DNA of 64,000 nucleotides from an uncultured Candidatus Rokubacteria bacterium (GTDB lineage: Bacteria; Methylomirabilota; Methylomirabilia; Rokubacteriales; CSP1-6), in the NCBI GenBank assembly GCA_963771355.1, contig CAVYTA010000006.1, positions 256,001 to 320,000 of the forward strand, written 5' to 3'. Under the pieces are notes generated by a model. That model was not told where the DNA came from. It was given only the letters and a program-made list of their open reading frames with translations, and did no database searches. The translations under genes were made by a program, and so were the position numbers. Positions 20,943 to 31,150 of this stretch are shown here, piece after piece (positions within the stretch are counted from its first letter, which is position 1; every line of letters starts with the position of its first letter).

Positions 20943-21978
20943 ACCGGAGCCACACGTTGTCACCAACCGCCGGGGGCGCGGCGCGCGTGAGAAGCGCGTG
21001 GACCTTGTCCTCTCCGACCCGGATGGTGACGAGCGTCGAGTGCCCCAGGCCGAGCGGCAGGATGTCGGTGACGATCCCGGGCATCCTTCTCTCGGCTCGC
21101 TCCCTGGAGATGTCCACGTCCTCGGGGCGCACGCCCACCCACTCATTCCCGGGCTGATCCCGTCCCGGCATCCACCGGCCCGCGATGAGGTTGATCGGTG
21201 GCGTTCCGACCTGCAGGCTCAGGAACCCGGCCACGAAGAGATTCGTCGGCTGGTCGTAGATCTCCTGGGGGGTGCCGACCTGCTCGATCCTCCCGCGGTT
21301 CATCACCGCGATGAGGTCCGCGAGAACCAGCGCTTCGTGGTGATCGTGAGTGACATACACCGTGGTGATCTCGAACTGTCGCAGGAGGATCTTCAGGTTG
21401 ACGCGATACTTTTCCCGGAGCGCCTGATCGAGATTCGCGAACGGCTCATCTACCAGGAAGAGCCTCGCGTCCCTGGTGATGCAGCGTCCCAGGGCTACCC
21501 GCTGCTTCTCGCCGCCGGACAGCGTGGGTGGCTTTCGGTCGAGGAGATGCGCGAGCTCGACGCCCATGAGCTCGCTGGTCCGCTGGAACTTCGCCCGCTT
21601 CAGCGCGTCCAGCTCCGGCGTCCTCTTGCGAAACAGGAAATACGACAAGATATTGGTGCGGGAGGTCACGTGGGGATAGAGGGCGTAATTCTGAAAGACC
21701 ATGCCGATGCGCCGATTGCCAGGGGGAACCTCCTTGGCGTCCACGTCGTCGTACCGCACGTGACCGGAGTCGGGAGGGATCAGCCCGGCGATGATCTTGA
21801 GGAGGGTGGTCTTGCCGCAGCCGCTCGGGCCGAGCACGACCAGGGTCTTGCCGTCGGGGATCCGGAGGGTCAGGTCCCGGATCGAAAAGGTCGACGCCCG
21901 TCCGCTCCCGCCCAGGGCGGTGAGCGTGGCCGCATCCCGGAGCGTCTTGCACACATCGACCAGGTCAATGCGCGCCAT
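20875..21978 (-). CDS. MalK-like ABC transporter ATP-binding protein
   Basis: Walker A GPSGCGKT, FQNYALYPH, LSGGEKQR, Walker B, VTHD. Confidence 0.9.
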   Translation of the reverse strand: MARIDLVDVCKTLRDAATLTALGGSGRASTFSIRDLTLRIPDGKTLVVLGPSGCGKTTLLKIIAGLIPPDSGHVRYDDVDAKEVPPGNRRIGMVFQNYALYPHVTSRTNILSYFLFRKRTPELDALKRAKFQRTSELMGVELAHLLDRKPPTLSGGEKQRVALGRCITRDARLFLVDEPFANLDQALREKYRVNLKILLRQFEITTVYVTHDHHEALVLADLIAVMNRGRIEQVGTPQEIYDQPTNLFVAGFLSLQVGTPPINLIAGRWMPGRDQPGNEWVGVRPEDVDISRERAERRMPGIVTDILPLGLGHSTLVTIRVGEDKVHALLTRAAPPAVGDNVWLRFRRYHLFERDSGRRLASHESHA

Positions 21979-22823
21979 GGAGCGATGCCAGCAGGGCGGG
22001 AAGGGTGTCCAGGACCTCGCCGAGGCACTGCCGCACGCGCGCGATGTTCGCGTCCGCCTTCTCGGGAATGCCCCCGCGCGAGACGTGAGCGATGAACTCG
22101 TCGCGGCTGGTGGTCATGAGGAGCGCGGCGTTGATCTCGAGCTGGAGCGCGTGGACCTGCCGGGTCCGCGGCTGGCCGAACGTCGCCACGATATTGCCGC
22201 CGGTATAGCCGGCGACGTTATCGTCCACCTCGAAGCCGTGGCGGGTGAAGATCGCGCCCACCGCGGCGGCGAGCTCCGGCGCGCAGGTGGCCTCGTGGCG
22301 TGTGCCGATGATCACCTCGTGGTCCTTCATCCGGCGGGGGCTGCCGGTGTGGCCGTCGAGGAGCAAGGCGTAGCCGTAGGTGTCGCAGAGCCGGCCGAGG
22401 AGGCCGTCGAGGGTCGAGTAGTAAGGGTCGTAGAGGGCCTGGAGGCGCTCCTCGAGCTCGAAAAGGCCGAGAGGGCGCGTGAAGATGGGCACGTCCCGCA
22501 TGGTGTGGGTGCGGACCACCCCCCGCCGCGAGCGCACCTCGCCGTCGGTATGCTCGAAGTCGTCCCGGCGGCGGTTGACGTCCACGAACATGCGGGAAAA
22601 CGGGGTGGCCAGCACGGTGGCGCCGTGCTCGTGCAGGTCTCCGTAAAGGTCCCGCGCGAAGGTGTCGGCGAAGCCGTAGGCGAAGGTCTCGAACCACGGC
22701 TCGCCGTAGTCGCCCGCGGGTGATGTGCGGCAGGGGGTGGGTGCCGTAATGCGGCACGCTGACGAGGACGGGAGAGTGCGTCCCGGGCTCGGGATGTCGG
22801 ATGATCGGGAAGGCGTGCTCCAT
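21965..22823 (-). CDS. N-formylglutamate amidohydrolase family; frameshift near 22713
   Basis: N-terminal PVLVSVPHYG in one frame; SRMFVDVNR, LLDGHT and HALQLEIN in another. Confidence 0.75.
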
Positions 22824-22904
22824 CGGCTGTCGTGATGCTACGGCGGGCGGCGACCGCTAGGCAAGGGGAGGATGTAGGATAGGGCCCCGGGAGGGCCGAT
22901 CCAG

Positions 22905-23798
22905 ATGCTGCCGACGCACGGGCGTTACGACTACTCGAACATCACGACACGCCCGGACTATACCTGGCCGGGCGGGCGCCGCCTGGCCGTCTACCTGGCG
23001 CTCAACATCGAAGCCTTCGGTTTCGGCGTCGGCAAGGGTGCCGCCATCGCCCCGCCGGACCAGGCGCAGAGCCACAGCATCTATAGCTGGCGCGACTACG
23101 GCAATCGCGTGGGCATCTGGCGCCTGTTCGAGCTGCTCGACGAGCTCGGGATGCCGGCCGAGGCCCAGATGAACACCGCGATCTACGAGATGGCGCCGGA
23201 TGTGCCGTCGCGGCTGCGCGCCCGGGGCGACGAGATCCTCGGCCACGGCGTGACCAACTCCGACGAGCAGGGCCAGCTCACCGAGGATCGGGAGCGCGCG
23301 CTGATCGAGGACGTCACCGCCACCATCGCGCGGCACGAAGGGGGGCCGCCGATCGGCTGGATGAGCCCGTGGCTGTCGAACAGCGCCGTCACCATGGATC
23401 TCCTCCAAGAGGCGGGCTACCGGTACGTGATGGACTGGACCATGGACGACCAGCCCATCTGGCTCCGCACCCGCAAGGGCCGGATCCTCGCCATACCCTA
23501 TCCGATCGAGGTGAACGACACGCGGGGCATCGTCTGGTATCGCTACACCGCCGATGAGTTCGCCGACATGATCGTGGACCAGTTCGACGAGATGCTGGCG
23601 CAGTCCGCGCGCCAGCCGCTGGTGTGCCCCATCTCGCTGCATCCCTTCGTCATCGGCCGGCCCTACCGGATCCGCCGGCTGCGGCGAGCCCTCCAGCACA
23701 TCCTCGCGCACGCCGATCGGGTCTGGCTGACACGCCCCCGCGAGATCTGCGCGCACATCGAATCCTTGCCGCCCGGGATCGTGCCGGGCAGCGCCTGA
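22905..23798 (+). CDS. Polysaccharide deacetylase (PuuE-like)
   Basis: WPGGRRLAV, DYGNRVGIWR, EILGHG, DDQP and LHPFVIGRP. Confidence 0.85.
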   Translation: MLPTHGRYDYSNITTRPDYTWPGGRRLAVYLALNIEAFGFGVGKGAAIAPPDQAQSHSIYSWRDYGNRVGIWRLFELLDELGMPAEAQMNTAIYEMAPDVPSRLRARGDEILGHGVTNSDEQGQLTEDRERALIEDVTATIARHEGGPPIGWMSPWLSNSAVTMDLLQEAGYRYVMDWTMDDQPIWLRTRKGRILAIPYPIEVNDTRGIVWYRYTADEFADMIVDQFDEMLAQSARQPLVCPISLHPFVIGRPYRIRRLRRALQHILAHADRVWLTRPREICAHIESLPPGIVPGSA

Positions 23799-23820
23799 CC
23801 ATCCCCACGAGGAGACATCC

Positions 23821-24693
23821 ATGAAGATCGGCGTCGTGCTCCCGCAGACCGAGATCGGCAACGACCCCGCCGCCATCAAGGCCTACGCCGAGGCGGTCGA
23901 GGGTATGGGCTTCACCCATATCCTGGTCTTCGACCACGTGCTGGGCGCCAATCCCGAGCGCCCCGGGGGCTGGAAGGGGCCCTACACCTACCGTCACGGC
24001 TTTCACGAGCCCTTCGTGCTCTTCGGGTTCCTCGCCGCGGCCACGCGCCGGGTGGAGCTGGTGACCGGCATCATCATCCTGCCGCAGCGCCAGACCGCGC
24101 TGGTCGCCAAGCAGGCGGCGGCGGTGGACGTGCTCTCCGGCGGGCGGCTGCGGCTCGGCGTGGGGGTCGGCTGGAACCCGGTGGAGTTCGAGGCGCTCGG
24201 CGAGGACTTCACCACCCGCGGCCGGCGCGTGGAGGAGCAGGTCGAGGTGATGCGCGCGCTCTGGACGCGGGAGCTGGTCACGTTCAAGGGGGCGCACCAC
24301 CAGATCTCGGACGCCGGCCTCAACCCGCTCCCGGTGCAGCGGCCCATCCCCATCTGGATGGGCGGGGAGAGCGAGCCGGTGCAGCAGCGCATGGCCCGCA
24401 TTGCCGATGGCTGGATGCCCCACTTCCGCCCCGGCGCGCCGGCCCAGGCGACAGTGGACCGGCTCCACGAGATGATCCGCGGAGCCGGGCGCGACCCGAG
24501 GGCCTTCGGGATCGAGGGTCGCATGGCGCTGCCCCAGATCCCGGCGGCGGACTGGGGCAAGGAGCTGGAGGCGTGGCGCGCCATGCGCGGGATCACGCAC
24601 CTGTGCGTCCACACGGCCGGCATGGGGCTGGCGACGCCGGACGATCACGTGAAGACGCTGCGCCGCTTCCGCGAGACGGTAGGGCTCGGCTGA
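23821..24693 (+). CDS. LLM-class (F420-dependent-like) oxidoreductase
   Basis: FDHV, AKQAAAVDVLSGGRLRLGVGVGW and PIWMGG. Confidence 0.9.
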   Translation: MKIGVVLPQTEIGNDPAAIKAYAEAVEGMGFTHILVFDHVLGANPERPGGWKGPYTYRHGFHEPFVLFGFLAAATRRVELVTGIIILPQRQTALVAKQAAAVDVLSGGRLRLGVGVGWNPVEFEALGEDFTTRGRRVEEQVEVMRALWTRELVTFKGAHHQISDAGLNPLPVQRPIPIWMGGESEPVQQRMARIADGWMPHFRPGAPAQATVDRLHEMIRGAGRDPRAFGIEGRMALPQIPAADWGKELEAWRAMRGITHLCVHTAGMGLATPDDHVKTLRRFRETVGLG

Positions 24694-25079
24694 TGCCCCG
24701 GAAGGAGATCGTCAGCGTCGAGATCGGGCGGCCGAATCCCAACCTGTCTCTGGCCACCAAGTTCGGCAATCTCGTCTTCGTGTCCGGGCAGACGGGGCGC
24801 CACCCGGTCACCGGCGAGGTGGGCAAGGATATCCGGGAGCAGACGCGCTTCACGCTCGAGCGTATCAAGGTGATCCTGGCCGCGGCCGGCACGTCGCTCG
24901 ACAACGTGCTGACCGCGATGACGCATCTGACCCGCCGCGAGGACGTGGCCGCCTACAACGAGGAGTACGCGAAGTATTTTCCCACCGGAAAGCCCGCGCG
25001 GACCACGGTGACCGTCGCGGCGCTGAACTTTCCGGAGCTCCTAGTGGAGATCACGGTCACCGCGTGCATTCCGGAGTGA
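24693..25079 (+). CDS. RidA/YjgF family protein
   Basis: VFVSGQ, PARTTV and LVEI; TGATG coupling with the upstream gene. Confidence 0.85.
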   Translation: MPRKEIVSVEIGRPNPNLSLATKFGNLVFVSGQTGRHPVTGEVGKDIREQTRFTLERIKVILAAAGTSLDNVLTAMTHLTRREDVAAYNEEYAKYFPTGKPARTTVTVAALNFPELLVEITVTACIPE

Positions 25080-26236
25080 GAGGGCCCAGCGCGTGGCGGG
25101 CGGTAGCGGCCGCCACCGCGCTGAATGCCCCCCTCGGCTCGATCTACGCGTTCAGCGTCTTTCTCAAGCCCCTGGAATCGCTGCTCGGCCTGAGCCGGGC
25201 AGATCTTGCCTTCGTCTTCGCGCTGGCGGCGGCGGCATTCGCCGCCGGGATGAACCTGGTGCCGCTCGGGTTCGGGCGCGTGTCGGCGCCGGTGCTGGCG
25301 CTGGCGTGTGCGGGGCTGAGCGCGCTCGGCATCGCGCTGGTCGCCACGGCGGGGGGCCTCCGCCAGCTCGCTCTGGGCTACGGCTTATGCTTCGGCGCCA
25401 GCGTGGGCGCCGCCTACATTCTCTTCCAGCAGATTGTGAACCTCGCGGCGACCTCGCGCCGCGGCCTGGTCAATGGCTACCTCGTCAGTCTGCTGCCCGC
25501 CGGGGCCATGATCGCCGCGCCCGTTTTCGGGTGGGCGATCCCGACCATCGGCGTGCGCGCTGCGCTCGGCTGGTTCGCGGGCGTTCTCGCGCTCCTGGGA
25601 CTCATCAGCGCGTGGCTGACCGCGCGATCCGGCGTCACCCTTGCGACGGCGTCCGCCGGCGTCCGCATGAGTGAGGACGAGCGGCGCCGGCCGGTGTTCT
25701 GGCGGCTCTGGCTCATCTTCTTCCTCGCGGCATCCGCGGGGCTGATGGTGCTGAGCCAGGCGGCCGGCATCATCACGGCCTATGGGGGCTCGGCGGCCCT
25801 CGCCGTGTACGGCACGACGCTCATCACCGCCACCGTCGCCGCCGCGCGGCTGGGCGGGGGCTGGATGGCGGACTGGCTCGCGATTCCCCGCGTGGCGGCG
25901 GGTGCTCATGCCGTCGCCCTCGCCGGAGGTGTCGCGCTGATCCTCTGGCCCGGCGCCGGGATGTCGGTGCTGGCGCTGGGTCTGGTGGGGCTCGGGTACG
26001 GCCTGGTCTCGGGGGTCACCGCCGCGGCCGTCGCCGCCTACTGGCGGCGCGCGCTCTACGGCCGCGTGGCGAGCCGCATCTACATCGCGTGGTCCGCCGC
26101 CGCAATCGTCCTGCCGATCATCGCCGCGCGGCTGTTCGACCTGACCCAGGGTTATGGCCCGGCGGTAATGATCGCCGCCGGCGGCAATGCCCTGGGCATC
26201 CTGGTCGCGCTCGGGCTGCCCCGGCAAGAACGCTAG
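25076..26236 (+). CDS. MFS transporter (OFA-like)
   Basis: GSIYAFSVFLKPL and about 12 hydrophobic segments. Confidence 0.75.
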   Translation: MRGPSAWRAVAAATALNAPLGSIYAFSVFLKPLESLLGLSRADLAFVFALAAAAFAAGMNLVPLGFGRVSAPVLALACAGLSALGIALVATAGGLRQLALGYGLCFGASVGAAYILFQQIVNLAATSRRGLVNGYLVSLLPAGAMIAAPVFGWAIPTIGVRAALGWFAGVLALLGLISAWLTARSGVTLATASAGVRMSEDERRRPVFWRLWLIFFLAASAGLMVLSQAAGIITAYGGSAALAVYGTTLITATVAAARLGGGWMADWLAIPRVAAGAHAVALAGGVALILWPGAGMSVLALGLVGLGYGLVSGVTAAAVAAYWRRALYGRVASRIYIAWSAAAIVLPIIAARLFDLTQGYGPAVMIAAGGNALGILVALGLPRQER

Positions 26237-26860
26237 CTACTCGGCGTCGCCCTCGGCCTTGACCTTGGTCACGAGCTGCTCGAGCGCCTCGTAGGGTTGC
26301 GCGCCCACGACGCCGCGGCGGCCGACCACGAAGGTCGGCACGCCCGTGATTCCGTACTCGCGGGAGAGCTTCCAGTCCGCGTCGACGGCGGCCTTGTAGG
26401 TCCGCTTCTCGAGCACTTCGCGGGCGGCGTCGATCGGCAGGCCCACCGACTGCGCGATCTCGAGGAGCACGGCGGGCTGGGAGATGTCCCGCGCCTCGAC
26501 GAAGTAGGCCCGGAACATCGCGTCGTGGAAGGCCTCGCCGCCGGGCTGGGTGTCCGCCCACTTACCCAGCTCCTGGGAGAGCCGGCTATTGTAGGTGTGG
26601 GTGCGCTCGCCATACGGCAGCCCTTCAGCGTCCATGCGCGCCTTCATCTGGGCATGCATGGCCTTGATATCCAGCCCGCGCCCGGCGAAGAGATCGGCCA
26701 GGGCCAACCCTTCCGCCGGCGTTTCCGGGTGCAGGGGAAAGTGCACCCACTCGACCTTCACCCCGTGCTCTTTCTTCAGCCTCTCAATACGCCCGGTACT
26801 GAGATAGCACCACGGTCAGACATAGTCGGAGAAGATCTGCATCGTCACGGGCTCGGGCAT
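26237..26860 (-). CDS. DsbA/FrnE-like thiol-disulfide oxidoreductase selenoprotein (SDYVUPWC), Sec at 26818-26816
   Basis: RBS AGGAGG then ATG at 26860: MPEPVTMQIFSDYV*PWCYLSTGRIERLKKEHG, in frame with ORF 26237..26761 (FPLHPE, GITGVPTF, GAQP). The TGA replaces the first Cys of CPWC. Confidence 0.88.
26779..26808 (-). promoter_or_regulatory. Putative bacterial SECIS element
   Basis: GCT-a-TCTCAGTAC-[CGGGC]-GTATTGAGA-GGC stem-loop; loop begins 21 nt after the UGA. Confidence 0.72.
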
Positions 26861-26906
26861 CACGACACCTCCTGTCGTTGGGTTTCCACGGCCTCAGCCT
26901 ACACCG

Positions 26907-28238
26907 TTACCGTCGCGCGAGGAGCATGCGGATGCCCGGCTCCGGGCGCAGCGTGATGTAGGGGGTGGGCGTGATGCGCTGGCTGGGGACCAGCGACAGC
27001 CGGAAGCGCTGGGCGATGGTGGCGAGGATCAGAACGGCTTCCATCTGGGCGAAGCTATTGCCGATGCACTGGCGCGGCCCGCCGCCGAACGGGAAGTAGG
27101 CGAACCGCGGCAGCCGCTGGGCGAGGTCGCCGGCCCAGCGCTCCGGGCGGAAGGTCGCGGGCTCCTCGAACCAGCGGCGGTCGCGTTGCACCGTCCACGT
27201 GGGCGCGATGAGGATGTCCTTGGGCGCGATGGCGTGGCCCGCGATCTCGGTCGCCCGGGCCGCCTGGCGCCCGATCCCGTAGGCCGGCGGGTAGAGCCGC
27301 ATCGCCTCCGTCACCACCGTGGCGGCATACGTCAGCCGGGGCAGATCCGCGACGCTCGGAGGACGCCCGCCTAGGACCTCGCGCAGCTCGGCGGCGAGCC
27401 TCGCGTCGGCCTCGGGGTGCTGGGCGAGCAGGTACCACGTCCACGACAGCGCCACTGCGGTCGTCTCGTGGCCGGCTAGAAACATCGTCATGGCCTCGTC
27501 GCGGACCTGCTGCCCGGTCATCCGGGAGCCGTCGTCGGCGTCCTGGGCGTGCAGGAGCATGGAGAGAAGATCGCCCCGGTCCTCGCCGCTCGCGCGGCGC
27601 TCGGCGATCAAGCGGTGGATGAGCCGGTCGAGGCGCTGGATCGCCCGTCGCGATCGGAGGTTTCTCGGGGTCGGCACCCAGTAGGGAATCAGCTGGAAGC
27701 TGGACAGCCGGGCGCCGAAGTCCTCCGCCAGGACCCGTGCCGCTTGACCGACCTCGTGGGCATCGCCGGAGACGTCGGCGTCGAAGAGGGTCTTGCCGAC
27801 TATCGCCTGGGTCAGCGCCATCATCTCCCCGTGCACCTCGAGGACGCCACCGTCCTTCCAGCCGACGACATGGCGCCCGGCGAACGCGGCCATCACGTCG
27901 CCGTAACCGGCCACGCGCTGGCGGTGGAACACGGGCTGGAGCAGACGGCGCTGGCGGAGCCACGTGTCGCCCTCGGAGAGGAAGAGCCCGTCGCCGAGCA
28001 GGGGACGGAGCAGGCGCACGCCGGGACTCTTGACGAAGTCCCGGTTCCGGGTCACGAAGATCTCCTCGATTGCGTCCGGATGGTAGATCAGCAGGATGCG
28101 GTAGGGGCCCATCCGGGTGTCGACGACGTCTCCGTACTCGCGCGCGCAGGCCTCGTAGAAGCCCAGCTGATCGCGCCGGAAATGGGTCACGCTTCCGGAG
28201 AAGTAGCCGCCCTTCGGGCCTCGAAGGCCCGCTTTCAC
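26907..28238 (-). CDS. Cytochrome P450
   Basis: AGHETT, EAMR (ExxR), FRPERW and heme motif FPFGGGPRQCIG; GTG start uncertain. Confidence 0.9.
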   Translation of the reverse strand: MKAGLRGPKGGYFSGSVTHFRRDQLGFYEACAREYGDVVDTRMGPYRILLIYHPDAIEEIFVTRNRDFVKSPGVRLLRPLLGDGLFLSEGDTWLRQRRLLQPVFHRQRVAGYGDVMAAFAGRHVVGWKDGGVLEVHGEMMALTQAIVGKTLFDADVSGDAHEVGQAARVLAEDFGARLSSFQLIPYWVPTPRNLRSRRAIQRLDRLIHRLIAERRASGEDRGDLLSMLLHAQDADDGSRMTGQQVRDEAMTMFLAGHETTAVALSWTWYLLAQHPEADARLAAELREVLGGRPPSVADLPRLTYAATVVTEAMRLYPPAYGIGRQAARATEIAGHAIAPKDILIAPTWTVQRDRRWFEEPATFRPERWAGDLAQRLPRFAYFPFGGGPRQCIGNSFAQMEAVLILATIAQRFRLSLVPSQRITPTPYITLRPEPGIRMLLARR

Positions 28239-28255
28239 GGCGTGGGCATCGACGC

Positions 28256-29216
28256 CTACACCTTGACGAGCTTTCGCAGGCTGCGCAGCCCGGGCGGGTG
28301 TGGCTGGTCCTTGTAGCGATTGCGCCAGTTGGTGTAGGACACCTCGCCGATGTAGATGTCGCCGTGCGAGTCCACGGCGAGCCCGTGCGGCGAGACGAAC
28401 TGGTCCGGCTCGAGCCCGGCCGGGCGGTGGCCCACCCGCGCCAGCAGGTGTCCCCGCGCATTGTAGATGCTGACGCGAGGTCCGATATTGGGCATGTCGT
28501 AGTTGACGCCCAGCCCGCCGCCGATCTCGCCCACGTAGAAGCGCGGCCGCTCGCCGCGCTGCAAGCAGAGGCCCGAGGGGCGGTGCATGTTGTTCCACTG
28601 GGTCTCGTAGCGGCCATTGCCGTCGAAGACCTGGACGCGGTGGTTCTCTCGGTCGGCAACGTAGACCCAGCCCTCCTCGTCGCAGCAGATATTGTGCGGG
28701 ATATTGAACCGGCCCGGATCGGTGCCCGGCTCGCCCCACGAGAGCAATAGCCTCCCGTCGGGTGCGTACTTGTGGACGCGCGCATTGCCGTACCCGTCGG
28801 AGACGTAGAGCTCGCCACGCGGCGACAGCGCGGTGTGAGTGCAGCGGTGAAACGGCTCGCCGCTCATGTAAGGCCGCGGCGTCTCCGGGGATGCCGATGG
28901 TCAGCAGCACCTTGCCGTCCAGCGTGCAGTGCCGGACGGTGTGGTCACCGTCGTCGGTGAGCCAGAGGGTGTCGTCCGGCGCCATGTGGACGCCGTGGGC
29001 GCGGTGAAACACTCCCTCGCCCCAGGAGTGCAGGAAATTGCCGTCGCGGTCGAAGACCACCATCGGATGCGCGCCGCGGTTGAACGCGTAGACGCGGTCC
29101 TGCGCGTCCACCCCCACCGCCGCGACGTCGGCGTTGAACTCCCGCCCCGGCGGGAGCTTCGCCCAGTCGTTCACGACCTCATAGCGAAACGCGTCCGTGC
29201 CCAGGATGATCGCCAT
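28256..29216 (-). CDS. NHL-repeat / peptidyl-alpha-hydroxyglycine lyase-like protein; frameshift near 28885
   Basis: VAAVGVD..DRVY and AHG in one frame; YVSDGYGNARV and VADRENHRVQVFD in the next. Confidence 0.8.
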
Positions 29217-29219
29217 CGC

Positions 29220-30197
29220 TCAGGCCCCCTTGAGGAAGTCCGCGAAGTATTCCTCCGGCGTGACCAGGCGGGTCGTCAGCCCCAGCTTGAAGGCTTCGCC
29301 GGCGAACATCTCGATCTGCGCCCGGTTACGCTCGAAGCCGTAGGGGTGGAAGTCCTCGCCCATCACGGCCGCCGTCTCCTCCAGCTCGGCCTCCAGCCAC
29401 GGCGTGGCGTAGGGGAAGCCCTTCTGGGCCGCGGTGAAGCAATCATTGGCCGCGCTGAACGCGGCGGTGAGGGTCTTGGCGATCCAGGGATTCGCCTCCC
29501 AGGCCTCCCGCCGGAGGACGATCAGGTGCTGGGGAGGAAAGGCGCCGGTCTTGCGGAAGTACTCTTGCTCGACCGGGCGGAAGTCCGGGAACAGGCGCGC
29601 GATGGCGCCGGTCTCCGAATGATAGGCCTGCGGGCGCGGGGGACTGTAGATGGCCTCGAGCTCGCCCGCGATCAGCATGTCCGACAGTGATCGACCGGGC
29701 GGGGGCGAGCTCACGCCGGGCGGCAGGGACAGGTCCATGGGCTGCGCAGACCACGGCGTGTCGATGTCCCCGATCCACCACCGGATGGCGGCCGGGTCCA
29801 GCCCCACATAGCGCAGGAAGTGGCGATACCAAATGGAGCCGCTCGCGCTGTAGCTGTACATGCCGATGCGCTTCCCCGCGAGATCCTCGGGCCGCCGGAT
29901 CGGACCGCTCCGGCGGACGTAGAGGTCGCGCGCCGTGAAGTTTCGCAGCGGGAAGACCGGCAGGCCGACATAGCGGCGGTCACCCTTGTCGACTCGATAG
30001 AGATACTGCGCCATGGACCACTCGCCGCCCTGCACCTTGGGGTCCTGCACGGCGCGGCTGAGCATCTCCGCGCGCGCCGGCCACGAGCCGCGGCTCCCCA
30101 GGACCAGGGAGAGCGCGATGCCCTCCGGCTTCACCTCCCCGGTCGCCAGCGGCATGACGCGGGCATAGTCGGCGCAGGTGAGCGTGATCGGGATCAT
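29220..30197 (-). CDS. 4,5-dihydroxyphthalate decarboxylase-like / PBP2-fold protein
   Basis: LTCADYARVMPLATGEVKPEG, PVFPLR, FPPQHLIV and PYGFERNR. Confidence 0.7.
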   Translation of the reverse strand: MIPITLTCADYARVMPLATGEVKPEGIALSLVLGSRGSWPARAEMLSRAVQDPKVQGGEWSMAQYLYRVDKGDRRYVGLPVFPLRNFTARDLYVRRSGPIRRPEDLAGKRIGMYSYSASGSIWYRHFLRYVGLDPAAIRWWIGDIDTPWSAQPMDLSLPPGVSSPPPGRSLSDMLIAGELEAIYSPPRPQAYHSETGAIARLFPDFRPVEQEYFRKTGAFPPQHLIVLRREAWEANPWIAKTLTAAFSAANDCFTAAQKGFPYATPWLEAELEETAAVMGEDFHPYGFERNRAQIEMFAGEAFKLGLTTRLVTPEEYFADFLKGA

Positions 30198-31150
30198 CAG
30201 GCCCTCCCCGGCTTCCGCGCCTCGAAGATGGCCCGCGGGTTGCGCACGAGCATCTGCTCGATCTGATCATCGGGAACGCCCGCCTTGCGGAGGGCGGGGA
30301 GGATGTCGTCGGAGATGTGGTTGTAGTGCCAGAGGGGCCGGGTCCGGCGCTTGGCGTCCTCGGAGAGCATGTCCGACCAGCAGTTGGCGTCGTGGGAGAG
30401 GACCATCTTGCCCGCATAGCCCTCGGCGCAAAGCTTCGCCAGCACCTCGACCCGCTTCGCGGTGGGCAGGTATTGCTCGAGTCCAAAGCGGTCCATGCCG
30501 ATGGTGCTGCCCCGCTCCATGAGCCCGCGCAGATAGCCCAGGTCCTCGCTGTCGCCGCTGTGGCCGATGATGACGCGGCTCAGGTCGACGCCCTCCTGAG
30601 CGAAGATCGCCTGCTGCGCCTCCCCGGAGCGGCCCGCGGCCCAGGTGTGGGTGGAGATCGGTACGCCGGTCGCTTTCTGGGCCCGCGCGGAGGCGCGCAG
30701 CACGTTCTCGATCACCGGCGTCACGCCGGCGGTGTCGGTGGCGCACTTGATGATGGCGGCCTTGACGCCGCTGGCGCCGATGCCCTGGGTGATGTCGCGG
30801 ATGAAGAGCGCGGCGACCTCGTCCACGCCATGGGCGGTGAAGTAGCGCTGGGGCATCCACCAGACGCCGGTGGCCACGATCACGCGGACCGGCGAGCGCT
30901 TGGCCACCGCGGCGATCAGGTCGATGTCCCGCCCCAGGTCCACCGTGGTCAGGTCCACGATGGTGCGGATGCCACGCTTGTGCAGATCGGCCATCTTCCG
31001 CTCGGCGATGTCGAGGATGCCGCCCCGGTCCCAGAGATGCGGCCAGTTCTCCTGGACGCCGGGAGAGCGCGTGACGATGTGCTCGTGCATCAGGGTCGGG
31101 CCCAGCTCCGCCGTGGCCACCGGGCCGAGCGCAGTATCTACCGTGTTCAT
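30197..31150 (-). CDS. Phosphotriesterase-related amidohydrolase
   Basis: TLMHEH, VDLTTVDLGRD, IKCA, STHT, IGHS and LSHD. Confidence 0.9.
   Translation of the reverse strand: MNTVDTALGPVATAELGPTLMHEHIVTRSPGVQENWPHLWDRGGILDIAERKMADLHKRGIRTIVDLTTVDLGRDIDLIAAVAKRSPVRVIVATGVWWMPQRYFTAHGVDEVAALFIRDITQGIGASGVKAAIIKCATDTAGVTPVIENVLRASARAQKATGVPISTHTWAAGRSGEAQQAIFAQEGVDLSRVIIGHSGDSEDLGYLRGLMERGSTIGMDRFGLEQYLPTAKRVEVLAKLCAEGYAGKMVLSHDANCWSDMLSEDAKRRTRPLWHYNHISDDILPALRKAGVPDDQIEQMLVRNPRAIFEARKPGRA

Noticed and set aside
26907..29216. 769-aa NHL-P450 fusion ORF
   Set aside because: Artefact of the frameshift near 28885. The middle section is off-frame sequence, and the real NHL C-terminus is ORF 28256..28867 with its own stop.
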